From Lingula anatina (lineage: Eukaryota; Animalia; Brachiopoda): a stretch of 64,000 bases of DNA. Shown here in pieces: positions 54,449-64,000 of the stretch. The notes under the pieces are model-generated. The model was given only the letters and a program-made list of their open reading frames with translations, searched no databases and was not told the origin of the DNA. The stretch's first letter is position 1. Each line of letters opens with the position of its first letter. The translations under genes and the position numbers were made by a program. Location of the stretch: the NCBI GenBank assembly GCA_051362555.1, contig CM120647.1, positions 20,250,651 through 20,314,650 of the forward strand, written 5' to 3'.

Positions 54449-56827
54449 CCCAATCACCCCAACATAACTCATTGGTTTAGCTGTGACATCACACATTGTA
54501 TTGGTCTGTACACACCTTTACAAACTGGGCAGATCCATTCCTCCTCATTCTCTTCCATCACCTTGCCTCTGGCCTTGGTGATACCAACACAGCTGCCATG
54601 AAACCAGTCTTCACAGCGATCACAGCAGATCATAAACCTGGAACAGCATTATTTTAATATTCATATATTACTAGACTTATACTGCCCTACTAGTAGGCTT
54701 TTTAAATTTTTAGCTAGATGACTATGATGTTGACTTCTTTTATTGACTGATGAGCTTGCTCCCGAGTAAACAAAAGAATGCTAGAGAGCAAGTTCATCTA
54801 ACTGCAAAAGATTAATTATGTATTTTTTTTATCTCATATGAAAACTAGTCTAAAATACTTTGGAGTCAATGTCTTCTACAAATGTTCATTTCTTATCTTA
54901 ATTACTAAGGTAATTTGCACAAAATATACAAAGCAACTGAGAACACAAATAACTTATCCATCGATTTTATTCATTCATGAAGTCATTCAAATTTTCATGA
55001 ATGCACCACTTATTCTTTAACAGTTTAACTTGGTGAGGGTGTGAATGCAGCTGCTCTCACCTGTTATCGTGTTGTTTTTGACAGATGCACCAGAGCCTTT
55101 CAGGGTCATCTTCAGAACCCCAATCCGAGTCATTTTCATCGTCTTCGTAACTCATGCCGCCCTCAGATTCCTCATCGTCAAACAAATCTGGTAATATTGA
55201 AAGTTTTCTATTTTTATTGTTGATTTCAAAATTAAAATTGTTGGAACAAATAGTATATGTTCCTTGCAGTCTAGGTGAAATTTAACATTCCCATTTTTTT
55301 TTTTTTTTTTTGCATTAAAGAATTTTTCCTTATTTACAAGCAAAAGGGCAAATTGCATAACTGCAACTAAATTAATTTTATTGCATAAAAATGCTTGTTT
55401 CACTTTCAAGAAAGATGACACATTTGATAAATGCCAAGTTTTAGGAAATCAAAAAAAATCTATTCAGGCTTTTTGGCTGAAGAATGTAGAAACAGCAGGT
55501 TAAACATCGTGTATGTTGTTGACATCAGTCAAAAAGTTACTTGGAATAATACGTCATTTGGCCAAAGCAAATCTTAAATCTCAGCCATTCTTACCATCTT
55601 TTAACTCCAAGTTCTTCTTAAATTCCTTGGTCTCGTGCTTTTTATCTTCCCTTTCTTTGGCACTGTCGTAGTCACTTTCTGACAGCATTCCTCCCTCCTC
55701 TCCTCCCTCCATCTTTACTTCCTCCTCTTGTAATTTCTTCACAGCAGGGTGTTTCTTTACTGGCTTTTTCAAATCTGCACTAGGGGTCTTCTCTGTAGGT
55801 GTTTTGGAATCTAACTCTTTTTCCTTCTCTGTTTCAGCCAATTGTTTTCGAGTTTGAATGATACTCTTTCTTTCCACAGGCACATTCTTTTCTTTTTCCA
55901 CCTTCGTCACAGATTCTGTTTCACTCGTATCGACTTCTGTTGTCTCTGTCTCTTTTTCAACCTTAGCATCGGACTTTTTCGCTTTTCCAGATTTCTTTTT
56001 TACTCCCTTTTTGTCCGATTTAGTCTCATTAGCTTCTTTATTGTCAGTCTTTGTCCCTGCATCGCCTGTCTCTGAAGAGGAATCTTCTGGTGGTTTGGCT
56101 TTAGCTTCTTCTTTCGCTCCACCACCACTTTTCACAGTTAAACTAGAGAACAATGCCTTGGCTTTTGAAAAATTGATTTTTGCTACCTTCATTGATGTTT
56201 GTTTGCTTGTGGCTGTTGCCTCTACTTGTTCAGCCTGGATACAAAACAAATGTGGGCAGTCAATTATTCACATGACAGTAAAAGCATAAAATAACTGTTG
56301 CAATACTTCTTCCTTCTACCCTCTCTCTCTCTCTCTCTCTTGCTCTCTCTCTTGCTCTGTGTCTTGCTCTCTCCATCCATCCAACAAATACACATATTTT
56401 ATTTATTGCACCAGCATTTCGCAGACATATACATTCATATGTCTGACAATCTGATTTAAAGAACACCAGAAACGTAACACTGTAAATCATTTAAAAGAGA
56501 ACATATCATTGCTCTGACATACCAGCATGACCTGGAGATCAATATTGCAGCACATACTGGTAGGACAACTGAATATATATATATATATATACATATACAT
56601 TTACGTTAAATAAAAAATGTCCCACAGAAAAAAAGATAAATATGGTTTTATTTGAAAGGTAACAATAGTGATCAGTGCTGTGGTAAAACACAACAGATTC
56701 TTTTTTACCTTTTCTATTTGCACTTGCTTCAACGGTACATCATCTTCAGAACTTTCCGATGTCTAAAATATAAAATTTAGTGAGGTGAGGAAAGGGACAA
56801 TCTTAAATGTTTGCTTTCTTCCCAAAA

Positions 56828-56910
<83 letters not shown>

Positions 56911-59900
56911 TCTTCTAAGTGGTTTATTTCTACCTTAAAACCTACCTACGAGTCATTCCACAAGAAACTGACTCTGAGTCACATCAGTGACCCGCCATGT
57001 AACATTTCCATATTACCTGTTTAATATTGCTTTATAAAAACTGTTTATTTTTTTTGCACATAGCAAAAAGGGCATAAATTATAGGGCAAGTTAAAATCAT
57101 ACAAAATATTATGTACAAAATGTGTGTTGTTAACAAGACACAGAAGTCACATTTTTGCAGAATGACCCATATACAAAAATTTGTCTAACTAGCCTCACTA
57201 CCAGAAAACCTTAATGGCCATCCATTTTTATCATCATTTTCACAACTCTACAAAGAGTACTTTTTCAGAACCCCTCCCTAAATCAGATAGAACAAAGTGA
57301 AAAGCTAAAAATAACCTTTGACAGCAATTTGGATCATCATTTTAAGAATCTATTATTCTTCCAAATCTTGCAGAGGGCAACCTACCTTCTTCAGTCTTCT
57401 TTGCACTACTTTCAGTGGGACATCTTCATCCTCTGAGCTGCTCCTGAATCCCTGAAATAAAAATAATACCACTGATCATAGTTGCTTTATACATTTGAAC
57501 AAAATGATAATTTACCGTCAAATTTACATTTTTTAAACTACTTTTTCCTTTGACAGTTCATGTTAGTGTCATTTCTTAAACTCTTTACCTTCTTTTTTCC
57601 TCCCTTTAATTGTTTCAATGGCACATCATCTTCTGAATCTTTCTCCAATTTCTGACCCCTTGTTTTCTTGCTGCCTCTGCCATCAGGTTTGTTTGATGCC
57701 TGCTGCTCCTGCTACAAAAACAAAATTGTACTGAATTTGTCACCCAGACTATTAATTTGTTTCATTTCCACATGTGTAGCCACTGCTCATGATAAGAAAA
57801 CCATGTTCCTTGCAGTCAAACTTACTGTTGATGGGACAAAACAATAATGCCAAATGCCAATCTGATTCTCACAGCATAATAATTATAAAAATTTAGATCT
57901 ACAGTAAATATTCAGTGATTACTTAATAATAATTCTTTAACTAGTCATAATTTTAATTTCCCTATTATAATTATAATGATCCTATACAGTACTAACAAGT
58001 ATTCAACATAAAAAGTAAAACCAAATATAATATGGAAGCCCTAAACTAAACCAAATTAAACTATACTAAACTAGACAGGTTGACTAAGCTAAGTATCAAC
58101 TGTGTCAAGACCTCACCTGTTGATCCTCCTGTTTCTCACCCTCTTCCTCTATCAGTTTAGCCTTCTCCTGTTCTCGCTTCATGGCTTCCAGAGCCTCGCG
58201 CTCCTTCCGTAAGTTCTCCTGGCGAATTTTCTCTGCTTGTTCCCTTTGGACATGCTCACTGATCCTCGTAGATCTCCTGAACATATTTTTTCAAAAAAAA
58301 AAAAAAAAAAAAATCCCATTTAAAAATATGAATGGATAAATATCCTCACCAACTTACAAAACTGTCAATCAGCCATGTACAGGAAAATTATGAGAAAAGT
58401 ATTTAAGAGAAAAGCTAAAGTGAAAAAATAACAGTGCACAGGACCAAATAAAATTATGAATCAACATAAACAGCTTTAATGAAATTGACACTTCCTTATA
58501 ATATGCATCTATTTAAAATAACTGAAAAATTCCTGTTTTTTTTTAATGCTGACCTAATAGGTGACTTGTGATCCACTTTGGTCACTTTCAATTTCTTTTC
58601 GCTGACGTCTTCCGTACACTCTTCTTTTTTCTTCTCTTCCTCACCACCCTTCTCTGCATCCTCCACACGCCGCGCTGAGCGTGGGGACCTCCGTAACTTC
58701 TGTGAGTTTGTTGAGTAGGCATGGTCAGTGAATGCTGCAGCAAAATCAGCCAGTTCTCCCATCTTCAGTCCACCCTTATATAGAATAACAAAGATTTTTT
58801 TTTCTAAATAATACAACAAAGAAAATTTTAGTGCTATAATTCATATCATTCCCTTTTCACTGGATTATTAGACTTGATAAGATAGATTACAATAATTTAC
58901 AGAAAAACAAAGGTGGTAATATCTGCAAAGTAAATACAGATAATAAAGTGCTTAGAACTACATGGCCAAGTGTGCTCCCTATGACATAATTCATTGTGTT
59001 AAGTGTGACAGTGCCCACTGTGTTAAGTGTGACAGTGTCCACTGTGTTAGGTGTGACAGTGTCCACTGTGTTAAGTGTGACAGTGTCCACTGTGTTAAGT
59101 GTGACAGTGTCCACTGTGTTAGGTGTGACAGTGTCCACTGTGTTAGGTGTGACAGTGTCCACTGTGTTAGGTGTGACAGTGTCCACTGTGTTAGGTGTGA
59201 CAGTGTCCACTGTGTTAGGTGTGACAGTGTCCACTGTGTTAGGTGTGACAGTGTCCATTGTGTTAGGTGTGACAGTGTCCACTGTGTTAAGTGTGACAGT
59301 GTCCACTGTGTTAGGTGTGACAGTGTCCACTGTGTTAGGTGTGACAGTGCCCACTGTGTTAGGTGTGACAGTGTCCACTGTGTTAGGTGTGACAGTGTCC
59401 ACTGTGTTAGGTGTGACAGTGTCCATTGTGTTAGGTGTGACAGTGTCCACTGTGTTAGGTGTGACAGTGTCCATTGTGTTAGGTGTGACAGTGTCCATTG
59501 TGTTAAGTGTGACAGTGTCCACTGTGTTAGGTGTGACAGTGTCCACTGTGTTAGGTGTGACAGTGTCCACTGTGTTTGGTGTGACAGTGTCCATTGTGTT
59601 AGGTGTGACAGTGTCCATTGTGTTAGGTGTGACAGTGTCCATTGTGTTAGGTGTGACAGTGTCCATTGTGTTAGGTGTGACAGTGTCCATTGTGTTAGGT
59701 GTGACAGTGTCCATTGTGTTAGGTGTGACAGTGTCCACTGTGTTAGGTGTTACAGTGCCCACTGTGTTGGGTGTGAAACAGTCCATTGAGTTAACAGAGA
59801 CAATGTACATTGTATTAGGTGAGATAAAAATTTGCCATCTAAAATATACCTTCAAAATGTGTTCAGCAGTTGCATCGTCCAGCTCAAAATCCTGGGCCTC

Positions 59901-61166
59901 CTCCACTTTCAGAGGTTCCTCGGTGGAGGTGTCCATGGCGTCCTCTGCCTTGCTCTCATCTCCCGTGTCCACCACCAGGCTGGTGTCAGAAAACATGCCT
60001 ACAATAAAATTAATAAATCAGATAGTATTAAAAATAAAAGGTCGTGTTGTAAACAACAAGGCAAAACCTTCAAAGCACTGCAATGAATTTCAAAAATTGC
60101 AGAAGAATTTCATGTCTGGAAAACTATGACTGCACAACTTTATTTTTACATTATTGGCTCAGTTATCCCCTCCCCCCCCCCATCCCTAAAAATGTCTAAC
60201 AACCAGGTAATTTAAACATACAACTGCCAATGACTTTATTTAGACTATGATTGATACATTGAACTCTCAACCTACCAGTTGAGAGTTCTGTATTACCCAA
60301 AGCTACTGAAGAAGATGCTATCAAAAGTGAAGTATCCAACAAATTAAAATCAGTATAGGACTTACCACTAAAACTATCATCAATGTCAGCAGATCCCACA
60401 TCAATTACAACCTTTTCCTTGTCCTCTCCCTGTGAGCTCTGGGCCAGGCTGTCGGCCATATTTGCACTGTTCCCTGTAGCACCGGTTTCTTGGGGGAGGT
60501 GTTGGAGAATATGTTGGACTTCTTCAGATTGCAGCACTAAGTCCAGTTGGCTCATGTGTTCCTCACTCACGTCATTGAATGGGTTTTTCTACAAACATGG
60601 ATTAATGACACAGTTATATAAATCAATATGAAAACAATATATATTAAAAATTAAAAGGAAAGTGCAAACCCAATAAAGACTGTTATGTTTAAAATATTCA
60701 CTTCACCAAAATAAGGGACTGATGGGATTTATTAGTCCCATTTTACACCACCATACAATAATATTACATCATAACATACCACATCATACCGCATACCATA
60801 TATAACAACACCATACAATACAAAACCACACAATGCAAGACTATACTACATATCATATTCTGAAACAAACCATATAAAAACCACTATATCATATAAAACA
60901 ATGGTATTTACCATACTACACAATGCCTTATACAACTATACCTCATCAACATTCCAGGCCGGAGCACTGACTAGAATATTGCTGGGGCCAGAGACATCGG
61001 TCACCACATCATCCTTGACAGCAGCAGCAGTGATGTCGGTCGTGAGTAGCGATGATGTTACAGAAACAGGAGGACTACTAGAGACATCTAGTGGTGACGT
61101 TGTGACACTAGGGGCTGGAACATCAACCTCTGTCTCTACATCCTGGTCACATTTAGTATCACTCAT
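10378..61166 (-). CDS. DIDO1: Death-inducer obliterator / PHF3 / PPS-like protein (PHD, BRK, TFIIS-M, SPOC, long Q/R/G/P-rich tail), 32 coding exons, ~3641 aa
   Basis: Exons: 61166-60942, 60588-60366, 59998-59850, 58774-58554, 58276-58117, 57711-57589, 57451-57386, 56762-56709, 56234-55595, 55187-55061, 54637-54516, 54111-53987, 53607-53446, 52981-52796, 52328-52145, 51804-51582, 50940-50781, 50570-50454, 50052-49927, 49349-49128, 48724-48546, 48186-48033, 47625-47536, 20028-19833, 19141-18973, 18611-18366, 17987-17833, 17417-17242, 17070-16894, 16629-16524, 16372-14777, 14444-10378. All introns are GT-AG and phases are consistent (10926 nt). Domain motifs are listed in the sub-features. Confidence 0.9.
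18973..48186 (-). CDS. DIDO1: DIDO-like SPOC domain (exons 48186-48033, 47625-47536, 20028-19833, 19141-18973), split by a 27.5-kb intron
   Basis: VWKGFV...AYKVSGPTDFL|DLPDTIHVVGRIVPEQIFDYLDKL|DIIIIRLEP...FYSYLNSRSRCGVVAN...IKDMYLIPL...LLPFDGPG|LEKTRPHMILAVIVR. Confidence 0.9.
21481..21843. repeat. 30-bp minisatellite
   Basis: ACTGTGTCACATTATATTCTTTTGTCACTA x7 perfect (21481-21690), then degenerate copies. Confidence 0.95.
21961..22143. repeat. G-rich 24-bp tandem repeat (G-quadruplex-prone)
   Basis: Alternating GGGGAGAGGGGGTGGGGGATGGGT / GGGGAGAGGGGGTGGGGGAGGTGT, about 7 units. Confidence 0.9.
22771..22859. repeat. (CT)n(CA)n(CT)n compound microsatellite
   Basis: Read directly from the sequence. 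Confidence 0.95.
26860..27270. repeat. (GGATG/GGAAT)n pentamer-based repeat with higher-order units
   Basis: GGATG, GGAAT and GGATA pentamers with recurring AATGTGATGCCATGGGATGGGATGGGATAGGATA blocks. Confidence 0.85.
28200..28975. repeat. Degenerate ~200-bp tandem duplication (about 4 copies)
   Basis: Recurring GTGCTAAGATAAT..CATCCCT.GAGAAAGAT..CATATGTG..TGACTGA.A.AGTGAGCAATTTCAAT. Confidence 0.7.
31398..31550. mobile_element. MITE-like inverted-repeat element (family A, short copy)
   Basis: TGGACTAACTAGTCCGCGGATCAAATATGGCC ... GGCCATATTTGATCCGTGGATCTGTTAGTCCA inverted repeat. It shares the arm with 40315 and 42970, and may sit inside a larger element (31222-31612) with imperfect GGCC...AAAC ends. 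Confidence 0.65.
35030..35820. repeat. Degenerate tandem repeat upstream of the GPCR
   Basis: Recurring GTGTGAAA(C/T)ACATGAAC, ATTTCAG(T/C) and TGAACTGAG blocks at roughly 170-190-bp spacing. Confidence 0.5.
36264..37388 (+). CDS. Intronless class A aminergic GPCR, histamine H2 receptor-like (~374 aa), nested antisense in a DIDO intron
   Basis: Seven hydrophobic segments. Motifs GN (TM1), LALGDLLLGLLVLPFSA (TM2), WCNIYISFDVMLC...DRY (TM3, D3.32), PLRY, GWN, CW (TM6) and WLGYLNSTANPFVY (TM7). First ATG at 36264 gives MNNSS with an N-glycosylation sequon. Confidence 0.93.
   Translation: MNNSSLEIMTTSSPTLLPSSGGLVTNRSLPETVIYGILLGVLIVLTILGNVMVLASFVLEKRLRILVNYPIISLALGDLLLGLLVLPFSALLTATQHFPFGAIWCNIYISFDVMLCKASIWNVTAISVDRYIAVTWPLRYRQHISHKKVFAVLLAIWFVAAITAFVPIYMGWNTADGLVQNLGQAEAPSCHLAVENLAYSVTLSLTDFIIPLILLLFTYVQVLVIARRQAQLIQTPRIAFNSHANGPELPTLNTKELRATIMLSAVIATFLLCWILYMVTFIIKPFIPHLDNDLDLTALWLGYLNSTANPFVYAVAHPKFRRTFMRILCPKWLCKCAKHQRNSDSPDSNFNAQNARLCGPETSMIDVACISFQS
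40035..40244. mobile_element. MITE-like palindromic element (family B)
   Basis: TTCCCACAGATATTTAGATCGATC ... GATCGATCTAAATCTGTGGGAA terminal inverted repeats, plus further internal complementarity. No coding capacity. Confidence 0.6.
40315..40589. mobile_element. MITE-like element (family A, most complete copy) with ~95-bp imperfect terminal inverted repeats
   Basis: TATTCAGAACAAGTTAATCTGTGGAC...ATATGGCCAACCCAC...GACTAATCTGCTTATGGTCTC is mirrored by GAGACCATCAGCAGATTAGTC...GTGGGTCGGCCATAT...GATCAACTGGTTCTGAATA. Both ends are TA. Confidence 0.75.
42970..43221. mobile_element. MITE-like element (family A, diverged copy, opposite orientation to 40315)
   Basis: Same arms (GTTGATCTGTGG..ATATGGC / GGCCATATT..GTTAGTC..GTTCTGAA). 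Its core GCAGGGGTCTAGCAATT..GAGCTG is the reverse complement of the 40315 core. Confidence 0.65.
45860..46245. repeat. Degenerate ~60-bp tandem repeat
   Basis: Recurring TCAGGG(T/C)..TACTGGAAAT.GCAAAGG..C.CTGACAG, about 6 units. Confidence 0.65.
47581..47787 (-). repeat. 69-bp tandem triplication of a DIDO SPOC-exon acceptor plus the first 15 codons
   Basis: CTCTGGGACAATTCTGCCCA(C/T)CACATGGATGGTGTCTGGGAGATCCT(A/G)(G/A)(G/A)AAATACAAAGATTAT(A/T)TTA x3. Confidence 0.95.
48308..48385. repeat. (GA)n microsatellite
   Basis: Read directly. Similar tracts occur at 49415-49457, 54415-54447 and 56832-56907 (CT/TA). Confidence 0.95.
49128..51804 (-). CDS. DIDO1: DIDO-like TFIIS central (TFS2M) domain exons and downstream conserved motif
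   Basis: IRMNVRKALKDTL...IETELFRLYGDVSSKYKAKFRSLLFNIKDPKN...LVRMSPEEMASKELATWR...KKTHKGE, then DTTDKHKTHLFDLNCKICTG. Confidence 0.92.
49553..49777. repeat. 25-bp perfect minisatellite (9 copies)
   Basis: CTGTAACCCTGTCAATCTGTACTTA x9. Confidence 0.95.
52145..52328 (-). CDS. DIDO1: DIDO-like BRK domain exon
   Basis: VVVLERHSGRLVTGPTAPTTENLEKWLQRHPTFEV fits the BRK (Brahma/Kismet) consensus. Confidence 0.85.
52341..52393. repeat. (TAAA)n microsatellite at the BRK-exon acceptor
   Basis: About 13 units, forming the TTTA tract just upstream of the acceptor on the minus strand. Confidence 0.95.
54516..55187 (-). CDS. DIDO1: DIDO-like PHD finger (two exons)
   Basis: DDPERLWCICQKQHDNR|FMICCDRCEDWFHGSCVGITKARGKVMEENEEEWICPVC matches the DIDO/PHF3 PHD pattern C4HC3. 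Confidence 0.95.
58992..59790. repeat. 24-bp minisatellite (~33 copies) in DIDO intron 3
   Basis: GTGACAGTGTCCA(C/T)TGTGTTA(G/A)GT units. Confidence 0.95.
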
Positions 61167-62039
61167 CTCATATCAACAGGATTGGAATTGCCTGGAATAT
61201 TGTAACCATATACAAGAATACATAATTACTGAGCTGAACTGAGCTTTGCTCATATAATATATATCATACTGTACAGGGTACCTGGGAAACAAGAAAGAGG
61301 AAGAACTTTAAAGAACTGGATACCCAATATTGCAAGTTGGACAGTTTATAATACAACAAAAACTGTGCAGGATTGGCAAAACTGACAAGAACTAGTGAAA
61401 ACCAGCATGTCTTGGCCCACTGCGAACTAACGGACCTCCCCCCCCCCCCCATACAGACTTGCAGACTGCAAAGCTTTACAGAATACCTCTGAAAGAAAAT
61501 TTCAGTTCATAAAGCACCGTTCTTTTCAAAGCACCTCATGATAGTCATCATGTAATAAAAACACAGGATCATGCTGACCATATTCATATGTGACATATCA
61601 TTTTTCATCTGCTGAATCAGTGGATGTGTATATTTTTGAAATAAGTCAACGTAAAGTAAATGATATCATTTTGAAATCGCATCGATAGTTTGTTGAAATA
61701 ATGTCTTGATCATGGTATGTACCCTTTGAAATGCACTCAATCAGAATTTTTGTAACTTGGATCTGTCCTATTTCTAAGAAAACGAAGACAAGAAGTTCTT
61801 AGTTTCTGATCAAACATCGTGCCGAACACGCTGAGAAAGGATGGACGACCCCGGCCCAGGTTTATTGCTATAAATCTCCAAATATCTCAAATTTACTCAC
61901 CAATTATTTGCGTATGCTAACTCCTTTTTGGCTGCAGAACCATCGACTCCAATATGCATCAATGAAAGCGGTCAAGTGTGTTTGAAATTATGTAAAAACA
62001 AAACCTTCCCGTTTCACGTAAAAATCAAGACACCATGTT

Positions 62040-62240
62040 TAATCACGTGGTACATTGACGTACCTACTTCTGGTAGTTTGTTGTCGTTACAGCGGAAGTG
62101 ACGTAGAAGCATGCGCTCGACCAATAGAATCGGGCCACGAACAAACTAACGTGTTCTAAAATATAGGGAATCCCTCTTAAAACAACTCAGCACAAAAAGA
62201 AGTTGAATCAGGTTGACGTCTTGATTGGGTAGCGCCTCTA
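62040..62240. promoter_or_regulatory. Bidirectional DIDO/PDIA6 promoter with ERSE, ETS-CRE, NRF1-like and CCAAT motifs
   Basis: CCAAT-agaatcggg-CCACG 62121-62139 (ERSE, N9), GCGGAAGTGACGT 62091-62104, GCATGCGC near 62109, TCACGTGG 62043-62050, ATTGG near 62224. CpG-rich. A candidate DIDO 5'UTR donor (TTG|GTGAGT) lies at 61900. Confidence 0.75.
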
Positions 62241-62244
62241 CAAG

Positions 62245-63792
62245 ATGCAAGCGATAGCAGGTGAGTTTGAGGCACATTTTATCATTTTTTTACGTGAAGG
62301 GAAAAACCAAGGGAGTCGTTTGCAATGGGGAATCCCTAACCTTATCCCAAAGGTTTGATCAAGTTGCAGCCGTGAAGAAGGAAGAGTAAGCGTGATTACC
62401 CCCTTTTCGTGTTCTTATTTTAAAAGATGCTCTCTTTGTCGTCCTTGTAGGTTGTTTATTATGTCGTCTTCGAATATGACGCCCTAATGTGTTGACGCTT
62501 AGGTCTGGCAAAACTGAAAATGATAAATAATAATAATTTCAAACAAAAGATCATAGAAAAAAAAAACTGATTATTTGTTTTTATTTCTCAAAGTTATAAT
62601 GATAATATTTCTATATTGGTAAGATTCATTAAGATGTAAGCAAGGAATTGGCCTTAATGTTTTGACTGTAAACAACATGTGCATCACAAGGCTGATAGAA
62701 AGTAAAATCTCTCTTAACCTAAATCTAGTTTTTTGAAGTTAAGTCAAAGGTTAAGCAGGCACACAGTTTAACAGTGCTAATGCATTTACTGGTGTCAGTG
62801 GTGAATTTGTCATTGAATGCATAAAAAAGTTATTAATTTGACTTAATTATTTAGTTCTCTGTAAGCTTATTATCTTGTAGAAGAGGGTTCAGCCTTCTTA
62901 AAGCTCTACAAAACTGGCTAGTAGTAGTAGCTTTGTTGTTTGGCCTGTGACATATTGACAATACATTTAGTGCACAGTAAATTAAACTATTTTACTGTGA
63001 TCAAAGATTATCTTCTACTATCCTAGGACTGATAATTGAAAATGAAAATTAATTGCTGAGTAAGTTAATTTGATTCAGAGTAAAGCTAAAAAAAAAAAAA
63101 AATGAGCTAATTGACTAATTGAAAAACATACATATAGAGCACAATAAACTCTTGTTTTCATGGTCAGGGATTATCTTCTAGATCTTCTACTTTCCTAGGA
63201 CTGTTAATCTGCGGTCTGATCTCAGTGACCAGTGCTTTGTACAGCAGCTCTGATGATGTGATAGAATTAACGGCAGCTAATTTCAATCAAAAAGTGATAC
63301 AAAGTGATCAGTTGTGGCTTGTTGAGTTTTACGCTCCTTGGTGAGTATTGCGTATCATTCAAGTGTGTTGTTTGGACATGTAAAACCTGAAGTGGTAAAT
63401 ATTAGAAATGTAATTATTAACAAAAGGAAACTGATGGTGTTATAATAGTATAGTGGCAGCTTGCATTTTGCATAAAATAACCATAATTTATGCAGAAATT
63501 TATGAAACATTTTAAATTTATATGCCTGAAGATATCAAACAATTAATCTCTCATCTGGATATGCTGATTATCATCTGGTATAAAGTCAATTCCAGCTTTT
63601 AAAAAATAATAAATAAAAATAAACTTGTTTTATAATCCTTAGTTGTCCTAAATTATGCAGTCCCGGATGCTCCTGTACTCTCAGTTTGGAAATTATAAAA
63701 TGATAAATACATTTATTTATATTTTAATATAAAGGTGTGGTCATTGCCAGTCTTTGGCCCCAGAATGGAAGAAGGCAGCTACAGCTTTAAAG
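62245..63792 (+). CDS. PDIA6: Protein disulfide-isomerase A6 (P5), first three coding exons; gene continues past the window
   Basis: Exons 62245-62260, 63199-63340 and 63735-63792 give [72 protein letters not shown]: signal peptide, [12 protein letters not shown]-terminus typical of PDIA6, and the WCGHC active site. Confidence 0.92.
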
Positions 63793-64000
63793 GTAAATAT
63801 AAGAAATAGTAGTGAACTAAATGAGTCCCAATTCTAGGGTGTGGTACATACATGTAGATATGGGTTGTTAAAAAATTAAAAGAAAAAAATAATTGACCTT
63901 GAACATTAAAATTGATATTCCATGAACTGATTGAACTCGTGTGCAGTTAATGTTGGTGATTATGAAAGATGAAATCGGTGACTTTGAACTATGAACTGAC

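Noticed and set aside
58962-60129. Plus-strand ORFs of 275 aa (CDSVHCVR repeats, metallothionein-like look) and 377 aa (VTVSTVLG repeats)
   Set aside because: They are by-products of a 24-bp minisatellite that is open in several frames, with no independent gene signals.

Overview
AT-rich, intron-containing animal genomic DNA. It is probably an invertebrate (lophotrochozoan-like; the taxon is a guess). Four protein-coding genes can be read directly. (1) An activator-class E2F (E2F1/2/3-like), minus strand, 9 coding exons, 504-7369, about 436 aa. It has a U12-type AT-AC intron, a GC-AG intron and a promoter carrying several E2F sites. (2) A very large DIDO1/PHF3/PPS-like gene (PHD-BRK-TFIIS-M-SPOC plus a long low-complexity tail), minus strand, 32 coding exons, 10378-61166, about 3641 aa. 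(3) An intronless histamine-H2-like aminergic GPCR (36264-37388, plus strand) nested antisense in a 27.5-kb intron that splits the DIDO SPOC domain. (4) The 5' end of PDIA6 (plus strand, from 62245), head-to-head with DIDO across a short promoter holding a perfect ERSE. The introns carry MITE-like inverted-repeat elements, minisatellites and microsatellites. The most unusual signals are a triplicated splice acceptor with in-frame stops inside the SPOC exon, substitutions at conserved GPCR positions (K3.37, D5.46, P6.50L), three small phase-0 exons repeating an acidic S-E-D-D-V-P-L-K motif, and PTB-binding-like motifs in the DIDO tail. Exon structures were assembled by hand from splice signals and phase continuity; no database searches were run.
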